DNA from: Bacilli bacterium
GTDB lineage: Bacteria; Bacillota_I; Bacilli_A; RFN20; CAG-826
Reading direction: 5' to 3'
Length of the DNA: 64,000 nucleotides
Assembly: GCA_040396875.1 (NCBI GenBank)
Contig: JBBAWZ010000001.1
Location: 39,384 to 103,383, forward strand
Shown: in pieces, positions 1 through 9,108 of the stretch
How the letters are laid out: each line of letters opens with the position of its first letter
How positions within the stretch are numbered: position 1 is the first letter of the stretch
Position numbers and translations under genes: made by a program
Notes under the pieces: generated by a model
Database searches by the model: none
Told to the model about the DNA's origin: nothing
The model's input: only the letters and a program-made list of their open reading frames with translations

Positions 1-447
1 AACGAGTGGTGCCCAAACCGAGACTAAATTTATCGGTAAAAAGACTGGGAACGGTTCGATAAAACGTTTAAAATACTTCCAACCATTTGTTTTAATCGCA
101 GTAAAATGAATCAAAACAAAAGACATTAAAACAATCGTGAATGTATTAAGGTAATAACTTAATGGTGATGATAAACCGGTTAAACCAAAAAGAAATCCAA
201 TGAATACATATAAGGTAATCGATAAAAAGTATGGTGAAAGAAATCTGAAATGATGGCCCATATTCGTCTTGACTAGTCCTTCAATGGTAACCACGATCCA
301 TTCTGCAACTAATAAAACACCTTTAGGTTTAGCAAATGGATCTGCTTTTTTGGCCTTTTGAAATACTATCAAGGAAAAAACGATGATGATCATCATCACC
401 ATCCATGATGTATACGTTTCAGCAGGTAATGATAAGAAGAATTCCAT
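1..447 (-). CDS. atpB: F0F1 ATP synthase subunit a, N-terminal part (runs off the window edge)
   Basis: Reverse strand is open from 447 to 1. It translates MEFFLSLPAETYTSWMVMMIIIVFSLIVF... and is hydrophobic and multi-TM. Its ATG overlaps the atpI stop in a TAATG junction. The atpI-atpB order is the canonical start of the atp operon. Confidence 0.55.
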   Translation of the reverse strand, partial: MEFFLSLPAETYTSWMVMMIIIVFSLIVFQKAKKADPFAKPKGVLLVAEWIVVTIEGLVKTNMGHHFRFLSPYFLSITLYVFIGFLFGLTGLSSPLSYYLNTFTIVLMSFVLIHFTAIKTNGWKYFKRFIEPFPVFLPINLVSVWAPLV

Positions 448-869
448 TATTTTGCCGCCTTGATTTTTGATTGGAAGTTTGCACCCGTAACAAAAATCGT
501 CCCGCTAATGACTAAATAAGCCAAAAATACTGAAAATACGTTAAACAATTCATTATCTTCGTACTTAACTAATACAGCAATGAGTAAGCCAATCGCAAAG
601 ATAATAAACCTTGTCATCATATAGCCAGGACCGGCACTAGGTTTGAGTCCATGCTGAATGGATAAAGTAAGCCGATTAGCTTGAAGGATGATTAATCCAT
701 AATTTAAGCTACCAATTAAAGCACCTAGTAACCAGCCAAATCCCCAAGAGAACGGGATAAATTGCAAAAAACTTAGAATTATGAGCAAGGTTAAAACAAC
801 ACCAAAAAAAACGAATGATAAGAATAATACTTTCAATGGTAATTGCCTAAGACTTTTGGCTTTTTCCAT
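447..869 (-). CDS. atpI: ATP synthase protein I (AtpI-like small membrane protein)
   Basis: 140 aa with 3-4 TM segments, immediately upstream of atpB on the same strand. Confidence 0.55.
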   Translation of the reverse strand: MEKAKSLRQLPLKVLFLSFVFFGVVLTLLIILSFLQFIPFSWGFGWLLGALIGSLNYGLIILQANRLTLSIQHGLKPSAGPGYMMTRFIIFAIGLLIAVLVKYEDNELFNVFSVFLAYLVISGTIFVTGANFQSKIKAAK

Positions 870-965
870 ACCACTTTAATTTACCACAACTTCAGGATGA
901 ATGAAACTATAAACATTTTACAAAACCCTAAAAAATAAGTGTTAAAATTAGAGTCGAGGATTCTT

Positions 966-1928
966 ATGCAAAACCATTTCAAGCTATTTGCCTTATCAGG
1001 TTCAAAATTTCTTGGCGAAGCCATTGCAAAATCTTTGAACTTAAGTCTGAGTCCGGTTGAGATAAACAAGTTTGCCGATGGCGAAGTTCTTGTTAAACCA
1101 TTAGAAACTGTTAGAAATCAACATGTCTATATTATTCAAAGCACCTCAAAACCTGCTTCTGAAAATTTAATGGAGTTATTAGTTTTTGTCGATGCTTTAA
1201 AGCGGTCAAGTGCAAAAGAAATCACTGCTGTGATACCTTATTTTGGTTATGCGCGACAAGATCGTGTCGCAAAAAGTAGAGAACCGATATCCGCAAAACT
1301 TGTCGCAGATTTACTCGTGGCAGCTGGCGTTAATCGTGTGATGAGTGTGGATATTCATACGATGCAAATTCAAGGTTTCTTTTCTGTTCCTTTTGATAAT
1401 ATTTCCCCATATCATTTATTTGCTAGAGAAATTAAATCCATTCTTACTAAAGAGAAACTTGGTGAAGAGGATCTTGTTGTGGTTTCCCCAGACCATGGAT
1501 CTGTAACACGAGCAAGAAACTTTGCAGAATTGTTTAGACAAGCAAGTATCGGCATTATTGATAAACGAAGACCCAAACCGAATATGTCTGAAAGTGTCAA
1601 TTTAATCGGGGAAGTTGAAGGCAAAATAGCGGTCATTGTTGATGATATCGTTGATACAGGTAACACATTAATTGGGGCGACTGAATTGTTAAAAAAACAT
1701 GGGGCAAAAATGATTTTAGTATGTGCCTCTCATGGTGTTTTTTCAAACGATGCTACGACCCGAATTCAAAAAGCACCGATTGATTATTTTTTTATTACCG
1801 ACACGATTGATCACCCATTGCTACCTAAAATTAAAATCGTATCAGTAGCACCACTTCTTGCAAGAGTCATTCAGAATATGCATGAAGGAAAAGCTCTCTC
1901 ACCTATTTTTGATGAGTTTTCAAGGTAA
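966..1928 (+). CDS. prs: ribose-phosphate pyrophosphokinase
   Basis: Full-length Prs similarity (FALSGS..., DRVAKSREPISAKLVADLL, VDDIVDTGNT PRPP-binding motif). The ORF as called starts at 939; M at 966 (MQNHFKLFALSGS) fits Prs N-termini better. Confidence 0.9.
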   Translation: MQNHFKLFALSGSKFLGEAIAKSLNLSLSPVEINKFADGEVLVKPLETVRNQHVYIIQSTSKPASENLMELLVFVDALKRSSAKEITAVIPYFGYARQDRVAKSREPISAKLVADLLVAAGVNRVMSVDIHTMQIQGFFSVPFDNISPYHLFAREIKSILTKEKLGEEDLVVVSPDHGSVTRARNFAELFRQASIGIIDKRRPKPNMSESVNLIGEVEGKIAVIVDDIVDTGNTLIGATELLKKHGAKMILVCASHGVFSNDATTRIQKAPIDYFFITDTIDHPLLPKIKIVSVAPLLARVIQNMHEGKALSPIFDEFSR

Positions 1929-1933
1929 TTAAC

Positions 1934-3130
1934 ATGTTTTATGCACGATTGGTCCAAAGTGTGATGCGCTTTGTTGCCAAAATCATTAAAATACCGCAAC
2001 CGCAATTGTATAAAGGGTCTAAAATGTTTTATAAAGTTATCGATATTGCTCAATATCATTCGATAAAAAGGCTCTTAATTGTTACCGATAAGAATTTAAT
2101 TCAACTTAAGTTACTTGATCCACTTTTATCATTATTAAAACAAAATCATATTGAGTTCTTTATCTATCAAGATACACAAGTTAATCCAACCATTACCAAT
2201 CTTGAAGAAGCGAAAATAAGCTACCTCAAACATCAATGCCAGGCAATCTTAGGTATTGGTGGTGGATCACCGATGGACTGTGCCAAAGGCGCAGCCGCAC
2301 TGCTTGCGAGTGGTAAAAAAGTTCCTTCATTAAAAGGGCTTTTAAAAGTAGGAAAGAAACCTCCATTGATGATCATGATGCCAACCACCGCTGGAACTGG
2401 CTCAGAAGGCACTGTTGCCGTTGTTGTCTCCAATCCTAAAACAAAAGAAAAATACGCGATTAGTGATCCGGTATTAGTTCCTACTTATGCGATTTTAGAT
2501 GCATCCTTAACCGTTGGATTACCTGCTCACATTACTGCAAGTACAGGTATGGATGCGATGACGCATGCTATTGAAGCGACTTTAGGAAACAGTAATACAA
2601 CCTTTACGCTTCAACAATCTAAATTAGCTTTAACGCTGATTCATCAACACTTGATTAAAGCTTTCGATTCACCTAATGACATCGCTGCTCGAGAAGGCAT
2701 GTTATTAGCCTCTTATCATGCTGGACTTGCCTTTACACGTGCATATGTCGGATATGTGCATGGTATTGCCCATACCTTGGGAGGCTTTTATCAGTTTCCG
2801 CATGGATTAGCCAATGCGATTATTCTGCCTCATGTTTTAGAAGCGTATGGTAAATCGATTCATGCAAAGCTTGCCATGATGGCTGACTGGTTAAGTCTTA
2901 CAACCGAACATGCACCAGAAGTCGTCAAAGCAAAAGCATTCAAGGAATGGATTCTCTTTCATTTAAAATCATTAAAGATTGAAAATACGTTAATTGGTAT
3001 AATTCAAAAGGAAGATATTCCGATGATGATGAAGCGAGTAAAACAAGAAGTAATCCCATTGTATCCTGTTCCAGTCTATCTTTCTTCCCAAGTTCTCAAT
3101 CACATTTATTTAACCTTAGGAGGTATATAA
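1934..3130 (+). CDS. iron-containing (group III) alcohol dehydrogenase
   Basis: Fe-ADH family signatures: LIVTDKNL, GGGSPMDCAKG, metal-binding His cluster YVHGIAHTLGG. Confidence 0.85.
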   Translation: MFYARLVQSVMRFVAKIIKIPQPQLYKGSKMFYKVIDIAQYHSIKRLLIVTDKNLIQLKLLDPLLSLLKQNHIEFFIYQDTQVNPTITNLEEAKISYLKHQCQAILGIGGGSPMDCAKGAAALLASGKKVPSLKGLLKVGKKPPLMIMMPTTAGTGSEGTVAVVVSNPKTKEKYAISDPVLVPTYAILDASLTVGLPAHITASTGMDAMTHAIEATLGNSNTTFTLQQSKLALTLIHQHLIKAFDSPNDIAAREGMLLASYHAGLAFTRAYVGYVHGIAHTLGGFYQFPHGLANAIILPHVLEAYGKSIHAKLAMMADWLSLTTEHAPEVVKAKAFKEWILFHLKSLKIENTLIGIIQKEDIPMMMKRVKQEVIPLYPVPVYLSSQVLNHIYLTLGGI

Positions 3131-3131
3131 A

Positions 3132-3611
3132 ATGAATGTTTATGATTTTTCTGCTAAATCGATCAAGGGTAAGTTGATTCCTTTATCCCAATTTAAGGGA
3201 AAGGTATTGCTAATCGTCAATACAGCAACTCATTGTGGTTATACGAAGCAATATAATGCGATGCAAACGATCTATCAACAATATCAATCGTTAGGTCTCG
3301 AAGTTTTAGATTTTCCTTCCCACACTTTTTTACAAACGCCTGAAGATAATGCAGGTATTCAAGCTTTCTGTGAAAGACAATTCAAAACGACTTTTACAAC
3401 TTTTGAAAAGATTGAAGTGAATGGTAATCTTGCTCACCCGTTATACCAATATTTACGTAAGCAAAATCAGCAAAAAACCGATGTTAAGATTGAATGGAAT
3501 TTTACAAAATTTTTAGTGAATCGTCGTGGGGAAGTGGTTAGTCGGTATAATGCAAAGACCACTCCTGAAATGTTAGTAAAGGAAATCGAAACCTTGCTCA
3601 ATGATCGATAA
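3132..3611 (+). CDS. glutathione peroxidase (Cys-type)
   Basis: GPx family: NTATHCGYT active-site Cys region, FPSHTF, WNFTKFLV motif. Confidence 0.85.
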   Translation: MNVYDFSAKSIKGKLIPLSQFKGKVLLIVNTATHCGYTKQYNAMQTIYQQYQSLGLEVLDFPSHTFLQTPEDNAGIQAFCERQFKTTFTTFEKIEVNGNLAHPLYQYLRKQNQQKTDVKIEWNFTKFLVNRRGEVVSRYNAKTTPEMLVKEIETLLNDR

Positions 3612-4776
3612 AAAAACCAAAGAGTCCCTTGCTGATAAACATATCCTCTGTTTTGGTGTCTCACCTGAATTCTTGATACAAACGCCTTTAAGAGTCGAAT
3701 GGTTTGGTGCTTATAGTAGTTTACATGGTTCCAGTCGATTAACCAGTGCAATCAGTGCCTACATGTTTGCCAGTGTAAGTCAAAATAAAGAGCGAGTGAT
3801 TCGCATCATTTCAAATCACTATCCTGCGATCAATATTTCCCTTGATAAAGTTGCTTCTGATTTTGAAAAAGGTTCCTCACAAAGTCTTATTTATCAATTG
3901 TTGAATCAAACTCAGTTACATTTAAAAAACGGCTTGAATATCTTTATCGAATCAGAAACAAAACATGGTTTTCACTTCGGTTCTTCAAGTGGATTTTTAC
4001 TGATCGTTTTAGAGGCAATCGCCTTTGTTTCTAAAAGCAAATCCGCTTTTAGAAATGAAGAAAAAATTAGACTTATACATCATGTTGAACAAAATCAAAT
4101 GATAACCCCATGCCATTTATCTGATGCATTGTCGATGTTGGAAGGTGGTACCAATTTATACCAGATGGATGGACAAAATTATCCTATTTATCAAAAATCA
4201 CTTGGATCTTTTAAAGCATATAAAATCATCGCTTTATCCATTCAAAACTTCGTCCACCAAGCTCATTTAGGAATTAAAAACATCCTTGAACAAATGAATA
4301 TTATCGCCCAACATTATCAACAGAAACATTTAATGGATATCGATTCACTAACGTTTCACCATGACGAACGTGATTTATCTTTGCTTTTTGGAACCAAGGC
4401 TATTGCCAAAGCCAATCATTTTTTCCAAGAAAATTTTGCTCTTAAAAAAGCTTTTCTTGCTTTGGAAAAAGATGATGAGAAAACATTTTTTAATCTTTTA
4501 ATGCAAACCCAACAAAGAGATGTTGAGTTGTTAGAACATCATCAAGTATCTAGTCCATCCGAACTTAAAATTGCAAACACCATCAAATGGTTGCACACAA
4601 CATTTCCTAATATCGCTTTTCGCTTACATGGTTTTGGCTTTCAAGGAGATTTTATTTTACTCATCCCCAATGAATCATATCGTGAAACGTTTCAGCGATT
4701 AAAAAAGCAATTTTATCAAGATCATGTGAAAGAAATTAAGATTGTAAATCAAGGTATTCGCATTTTCAAACTCTGA
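3601..4776 (+). CDS. divergent galactokinase-like GHMP-kinase family protein
   Basis: Aligns along its length with GalK. The catalytic Arg (PLRV) and Asp (CHLSDALSMLEG vs GalK CGIMDQLISALG) are kept. The galactose signature GEHTDY is replaced by GAYSSL, and the P-loop PxGSGLGSSAA is degenerate (KHGFHFGSSSGF). Overlaps the gpx stop by 11 nt. Confidence 0.7.
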   Translation: MIDKKTKESLADKHILCFGVSPEFLIQTPLRVEWFGAYSSLHGSSRLTSAISAYMFASVSQNKERVIRIISNHYPAINISLDKVASDFEKGSSQSLIYQLLNQTQLHLKNGLNIFIESETKHGFHFGSSSGFLLIVLEAIAFVSKSKSAFRNEEKIRLIHHVEQNQMITPCHLSDALSMLEGGTNLYQMDGQNYPIYQKSLGSFKAYKIIALSIQNFVHQAHLGIKNILEQMNIIAQHYQQKHLMDIDSLTFHHDERDLSLLFGTKAIAKANHFFQENFALKKAFLALEKDDEKTFFNLLMQTQQRDVELLEHHQVSSPSELKIANTIKWLHTTFPNIAFRLHGFGFQGDFILLIPNESYRETFQRLKKQFYQDHVKEIKIVNQGIRIFKL

Positions 4777-4886
4777 AACCTCTTTCAAATATCTTTCAAA
4801 AACTATCTAATTTTAATGAAAAACGCTATGTAAGCGATAACATTTCATCTAAAAATTAGAAAGCGTTTACATTTTCTTTCTGAAAA

Positions 4887-4915
4887 TTGTATTTTGAATT
4901 TCTTAACTATATATT
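4887..4915 (+). promoter_or_regulatory. sigma-70-like promoter (TTGTAT-17-TATATT) for the orphan small ORF
   Basis: -35 at 4887-4892, -10 at 4910-4915. Confidence 0.4.
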
Positions 4916-4973
4916 GTTCTTGTCTTAAAGATCTGGCAACAAAAAGACACGCGGAAAGAGGAGGCCAATAAAC

Positions 4974-5147
4974 ATGAGCACAACTATCTTCGAACGATTA
5001 ACTAAGAAACCATTAAATGCGAAATACTATCCATTCGATGAAGAAAACAAAACAATTGTTCAACCCAAAAAAGATCATTTTTTTGCAGAACTATCACACT
5101 TCATAATTGAAGTTCTTGCAATCGTATCTAGACCAACAATCGATTAA
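4974..5147 (+). CDS. small hypothetical protein, 57 aa (MSTTIFERLTKKPLNAKYYPFDEENKTIVQPKKDHFFAELSHFIIEVLAIVSRPTID)
   Basis: Not in the ORF track because it is under the length cut-off. Strong SD AAAGAGGAGG (4955-4964) sits 9 nt upstream of the ATG. It has its own promoter and its own intrinsic terminator. Confidence 0.45.
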   Translation: MSTTIFERLTKKPLNAKYYPFDEENKTIVQPKKDHFFAELSHFIIEVLAIVSRPTID

Positions 5148-5171
5148 CTTAAAGATTCATTAATCCTATTA

Positions 5172-5204
5172 AAAGCTTGAAACCAGATTCAAGCTTTTTT
5201 ATTT
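5172..5204 (+). terminator. intrinsic terminator: 10-bp perfect stem AAAGCTTGAA/TTCAAGCTTT plus T-tract
   Basis: Read directly from the sequence. Confidence 0.75.
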
Positions 5205-5261
5205 GAATTGCTCCGAATAAACCTAAATAACTATAAGGAATAATGACCTTTAATATAATTT

Positions 5262-5334
5262 TTAGCACTCTAACTTGACAAATGCTAAGATACTTTCTAT
5301 ATTATATTTAGCACTTATAACATTTGAGTGCTAA
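5262..5334 (+). promoter_or_regulatory. clpB promoter with two CIRCE (HrcA operator) elements
   Basis: TTGACA (5275-5280)-17-TATATT (5298-5303). CIRCE-1 is TTAGCACTC-N9-AAATGCTAA (5262-5288, 2 mismatches to the consensus). CIRCE-2 is TTAGCACTT-N9-GAGTGCTAA (5308-5334, 1 mismatch), just upstream of the SD AGAGGTG. Confidence 0.8.
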
Positions 5335-5346
5335 AGAGGTGTAAAT

Positions 5347-7458
5347 ATGGAATTACCCATTGATTATAGTAAAGATGAAAAAGTCTTAGAAAAATTTGGA
5401 CGTAATATCAATGAACAAGTTCAAAAAGGGAAGATAGATCCGATTATTGGTCGTGATGAAGAAATAAGAAAAATCATCCAAATTTTAGCGAGAAAAAATA
5501 AAAATAACGTCATTTTGTTAGGTGAACCAGGTGTTGGTAAAACTGCAATAATCGAAGGTTTGGCGCAACGGATTATGCGGCAAGATGTGCCTAACACTTT
5601 AAAAGATAAAATCATTTATGAATTAGACATGGGGGCGTTAATAGCCGGTGCTAAGTTTCGTGGTGAATTTGAAGAACGGTTAAAGGCTGTCCTCAATAAG
5701 ATACGCCAGTCTGAAGGTAAAATTATTTTATTCATCGATGAAATCCATAGCATTGTTGGTGCTGGTCGTACAGATGGGGCGATGGATGCATCCAATATGT
5801 TAAAACCCTTACTGGCACGAGGTGAAATTGATTGTATTGGAGCGACAACTTTAAATGAATATCGCCAATATATTGAAAAGGATCGAGCATTAGAACGACG
5901 TTTTCAACCTTTAATGGTTCTTGAACCAACTGTTGAAGACACGATTTCAATTTTGCGCGGCATTAAATCAAGATATGAATCCCATCATGGTGTCAAAATC
6001 ACAGATGAAGCTTTAATTGCTGCAACAACGCTTTCACAACGTTATTTAACGTCACGCTTTTTACCCGATAAAGCGATTGATTTAATCGATGAAGCATCTG
6101 CTCTTACCAGGGTTCAAATTGAGTCCATGCCAACTGAACTAGATGAAGTAGATCGTAAAATTCGCCAACTTGAGATTGAAAAATTTGCCTTGAGTAAAGA
6201 AGACGATCCTACCTCAAAGGCTCGTTATACCAAGATTAGTGATGAATTAAATCTACTCAAAAAAGACTATGCAAGTAAAAAACAAAAATGGATGGAAGAA
6301 AAATCCCTATTACTAGAGATTAAAACCATTAAAGATACCATCCATCAAACGAAACTTAAACTCGATCAAGCTTTTAATAATGGTGACTATCAAAAGGCTT
6401 CAGAATTGCAATATGGACAATTACCAACCTTAGAAAAAAACTTATTATCACTTGAAAACAAATCAAGAAAAGGGAGAATGTTATCTGAGATTGTGACCGA
6501 AGAAGAGATTGCTAAAATTGTCTCAAAAATGACCAGAATTCCATTATCTAGAATTGTCCAAGGTGAAAAAGATAAGGTCCTCGGACTCAAAGAACGCATG
6601 TTACAGAGAGTGATTGGTCAAGATGATGCGATTACCCTTGTCACGGATGCGATTATTCGCCAAAGAGCAGGCATTCAAGATGCGAAACGTCCGATTGGAA
6701 CCTTTATGTTTTTGGGTCCAACTGGTGTGGGAAAAACCGAAGTTGCAAAGAGTTTAGCAGAAGGTTTATTTGATAATGATAGTCAAATCATTCGGATTGA
6801 TATGTCCGAGTACATGGAAAAGTTCTCTGTAACACGATTAATAGGTTCTCCACCAGGATATGTTGGATATGAAGAAGGAGGCCAATTAACAGAAAAAGTT
6901 AGAAGAGCACCCTATAGTATTGTCTTATTTGATGAGATTGAAAAGGCTCACCCAGAAGTATTTAATTTGCTTCTCCAAGTCTTGGATGAAGGAAGATTGA
7001 CTGATTCGCAAGGGCGCGTTATTGATTTTAGAAATACCGTCATCATCATGACTTCCAATTTAGGATCAGAACAATTATTAGAAGATAAGTCGGATGCGGT
7101 TGAAGATCTTCTCCATCGGACATTTAAACCTGAATTTTTGAATCGGATTGACGAAATTGTATATTTCCACCCACTGAATAAAGATACACAAGGGATGATT
7201 GTCACACGGATGCTTCAACAATTAGAACAACATCTGGAAAAACAAGGAATTTTGGTAAGTTTTACAGAAGCAATTGAGACATATATATTAGATCAAGCTT
7301 TTAGTAAAGAATATGGTGCTAGACCGCTAAAACGCTTTATTCAAAAGGAAATCGAAACCTTTATTGCAAAAGCTTTAATTCAAGGAAAAATTGCTCCCAA
7401 AGTACCTGTGACGCTTGATGTTAAAAACCAAGTTTTATCCTTTAAAACTTCTGACTAA
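5347..7458 (+). CDS. clpB: ATP-dependent chaperone ClpB (short form lacking the N-domain)
   Basis: Two AAA+ modules (GEPGVGKT; GPTGVGKT), a coiled-coil middle domain, and the ClpB C-terminus. The sequence starts directly at the NBD1 linker, as in mollicute ClpB. Confidence 0.9.
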   Translation: MELPIDYSKDEKVLEKFGRNINEQVQKGKIDPIIGRDEEIRKIIQILARKNKNNVILLGEPGVGKTAIIEGLAQRIMRQDVPNTLKDKIIYELDMGALIAGAKFRGEFEERLKAVLNKIRQSEGKIILFIDEIHSIVGAGRTDGAMDASNMLKPLLARGEIDCIGATTLNEYRQYIEKDRALERRFQPLMVLEPTVEDTISILRGIKSRYESHHGVKITDEALIAATTLSQRYLTSRFLPDKAIDLIDEASALTRVQIESMPTELDEVDRKIRQLEIEKFALSKEDDPTSKARYTKISDELNLLKKDYASKKQKWMEEKSLLLEIKTIKDTIHQTKLKLDQAFNNGDYQKASELQYGQLPTLEKNLLSLENKSRKGRMLSEIVTEEEIAKIVSKMTRIPLSRIVQGEKDKVLGLKERMLQRVIGQDDAITLVTDAIIRQRAGIQDAKRPIGTFMFLGPTGVGKTEVAKSLAEGLFDNDSQIIRIDMSEYMEKFSVTRLIGSPPGYVGYEEGGQLTEKVRRAPYSIVLFDEIEKAHPEVFNLLLQVLDEGRLTDSQGRVIDFRNTVIIMTSNLGSEQLLEDKSDAVEDLLHRTFKPEFLNRIDEIVYFHPLNKDTQGMIVTRMLQQLEQHLEKQGILVSFTEAIETYILDQAFSKEYGARPLKRFIQKEIETFIAKALIQGKIAPKVPVTLDVKNQVLSFKTSD

Positions 7459-7482
7459 TTCAGCATTATTATCTTGAAATAA

Positions 7483-7526
7483 AAAGCACGCTTCAATTCA
7501 TTGACAAAAGCGTGTTTTTTTTCTAT
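7483..7526 (+). terminator. clpB terminator hairpin plus T8 tract
   Basis: Stem AAAGCACGC / GCGTGTTTT with one G.U pair, an 18-nt loop, then TTTTTTTT. The T-tract runs into the -35 of the tRNA promoter. Confidence 0.45.
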
Positions 7527-7529
7527 GAT
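7501..7529 (+). promoter_or_regulatory. promoter of tRNA-Thr (TTGACA-17-TATGAT)
   Basis: -35 at 7501-7506, -10 at 7524-7529. Confidence 0.6.
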
Positions 7530-7541
7530 TGAAAAGCGTGT

Positions 7542-7615
7542 GCCCCCTTAGTTAAATGGCATAACGAGTCCATGGTAAGGACTTATTGTCAGTTCGATTC
7601 TGGCAGGGGGCACCA
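7542..7615 (+). tRNA. tRNA-Thr (anticodon GGU), CCA encoded
   Basis: Manual cloverleaf. The 7-bp acceptor stem GCCCCCT/AGGGGGC pairs perfectly. D-stem is GTTA/TAAC. Anticodon stem AGTCC/GGACT has loop ATGGTAA. T-arm is GTCAG-TTCGATT-CTGGC. Discriminator A and CCA lie at 7613-7615. Confidence 0.8.
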
Positions 7616-7618
7616 TTC

Positions 7619-7641
7619 AATCTCTTCAGGAGATTTTTTTA
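7619..7641 (+). terminator. short hairpin (AATCTC/GAGATT) plus T7 after the tRNA
   Basis: Read directly from the sequence; the stem is weak (5-6 bp). Confidence 0.4.
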
Positions 7642-7688
7642 TTTTAAAGACTCATTACAATCGTTATAATGACCAAGAGGAAGCATGC

Positions 7689-8384
7689 ATGAAAGTTAAA
7701 TTAATCTCTTATTCTCAACCCGTAGACGCACTTAAACTTGAGGGCTTATCGAATGCTCAAGAACTGATTGCTTTTTGCGCACGCGTGTCCAATCCAACCA
7801 ATCAAATGAACATGACGACTTCCGATAAGTTAATTCGTTATTTGGTTAAACATAAACATTGGTCACCATTAGAAATGGTTTCTTTATGCTTGGAAATTGA
7901 AACAACGCGCGATATCGCTAGACAAATCCTAAGACATCGCTCCTTTTCATTTCAAGAATTTTCTCAAAGATATGCTGATCCAACACAACATTTAGAATTC
8001 TCCACGCGAGAAGCACGTTTACAAGATGATAAAAATAGACAAAATAGTATCAAATTAAGTGATCAGCCTAATGGACCCCTTTTACAAAAGCAATGGGAAG
8101 AAAAGCAACAAGCCATGATTCAATTGGCCAAGCAAACGTATACTTGGGCCATCAATAACGGTATCGCAAAAGAACAAGCTCGTGCTGTTTTGCCTGAAGG
8201 TTTAACCATGTCTCGTCTATACATGAATGGCACTTTAAGAAGTTGGGTTCATTACCTTGAATTGAGATCAGGAAACGGAACCCAGTTGGAACATATGGAA
8301 GTGGCGATTGCATGCGCAAATGTCATCACCAAAGTTTTCCCACTCATTCAAGAATTCATCGTTCATGATGAAAAGAAATCCTAA
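7689..8384 (+). CDS. thyX: flavin-dependent thymidylate synthase
   Basis: ThyX motif RHRSFSFQEFSQRY. SD AAGAGG (7674-7679) precedes the ATG at 7689. The ORF as called extends 5' across the tRNA, which cannot be real. Confidence 0.9.
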   Translation: MKVKLISYSQPVDALKLEGLSNAQELIAFCARVSNPTNQMNMTTSDKLIRYLVKHKHWSPLEMVSLCLEIETTRDIARQILRHRSFSFQEFSQRYADPTQHLEFSTREARLQDDKNRQNSIKLSDQPNGPLLQKQWEEKQQAMIQLAKQTYTWAINNGIAKEQARAVLPEGLTMSRLYMNGTLRSWVHYLELRSGNGTQLEHMEVAIACANVITKVFPLIQEFIVHDEKKS

Positions 8385-9108
8385 GTTAAAACGTCGCTGG
8401 TTGATTGCGATTTCTATTTTTGCTGTCATTATCATTGCCCCTTTTTCATCCTATGTATTAAGTTATCAACCACAAGCACAAGCAAAAACAGCATTCGAGA
8501 ATGCAATTCAAAAGAACGGATATTATCAATTTTTAAGCGATCAATCTTCAGTTGGCATCATATTTTATCCTGGCGGTCTCGTTAATCCAATAGCCTATGC
8601 TAGTTTTGCTCAATCTTTATCTTTAGAAACCAATAGTTCTGTTTTTGTCACTCAACCACTATGGAATTTAGCGATTACGAACATTGAAGGTGCATCGACC
8701 ATCATCCATGCAAACCCTAGTATTGATTTTTGGTTGGTCGGTGGCCATTCTTTAGGTGGAAGTAGTGCGGCATTTTATGCATTTAATCATCTCGATGAAG
8801 TCAACGGTTTATTCTTCTTGGCGAGTTATACCACTGAGGATGCAGATTTCTCTGAAACAGTTTTACCCATACTTTCAATTACAGGAAGTGAAGATCAAAT
8901 CTTAGACCTTCAAACTTATCAAGCAGCGGAAATCTATCATTCTCCTTTTACTACGACTCATATCATTGACGGTGGAAATCATAGTCAGTTCGGAGATTAT
9001 GGATTTCAACGTGGCGATGGAATAGCAGGTGTTACTTTAAGTGAACAAATGACCGAGACCATTATCACGATTACGACTTGGTTATTTTTTATCACCTTGA
9101 TGCAATAA
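8365..9108 (+). CDS. membrane-anchored or secreted alpha/beta-hydrolase (GxSxG esterase/lipase fold)
   Basis: N-terminal basic region plus TM helix (KRRWLIAISIFAVIIIAPF). Nucleophile elbow HSLGGSSAAF. Candidate catalytic Asp and His downstream. Start at MMKRNPK overlaps the thyX 3' end. Confidence 0.65.
   Translation: MMKRNPKLKRRWLIAISIFAVIIIAPFSSYVLSYQPQAQAKTAFENAIQKNGYYQFLSDQSSVGIIFYPGGLVNPIAYASFAQSLSLETNSSVFVTQPLWNLAITNIEGASTIIHANPSIDFWLVGGHSLGGSSAAFYAFNHLDEVNGLFFLASYTTEDADFSETVLPILSITGSEDQILDLQTYQAAEIYHSPFTTTHIIDGGNHSQFGDYGFQRGDGIAGVTLSEQMTETIITITTWLFFITLMQ

Noticed and set aside
5421-7205. Antisense ORFs inside clpB (5421..5615, 5732..5950, 6390..6599, 6948..7205)
   Set aside because: They sit on the opposite strand of a strongly supported gene, are low-complexity, and show no start signals. 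These are typical shadow ORFs. The same applies to the other 60-100 aa antisense ORFs in the track (e.g. 1412..1666, 2233..2433, 14621..14911, 20520..20792, 27845..28063, 36721..36990, 42265..42489, 44042..44442, 49309..49614, 58188..58391).
7572-7688. 5' extension of the thyX ORF (MVRTYCQFDSGRGHH...) covering the tRNA-Thr gene
   Set aside because: It overlaps a well-formed tRNA, its promoter and its terminator. The real thyX start at 7689 has an AAGAGG SD, and ThyX homology begins there.
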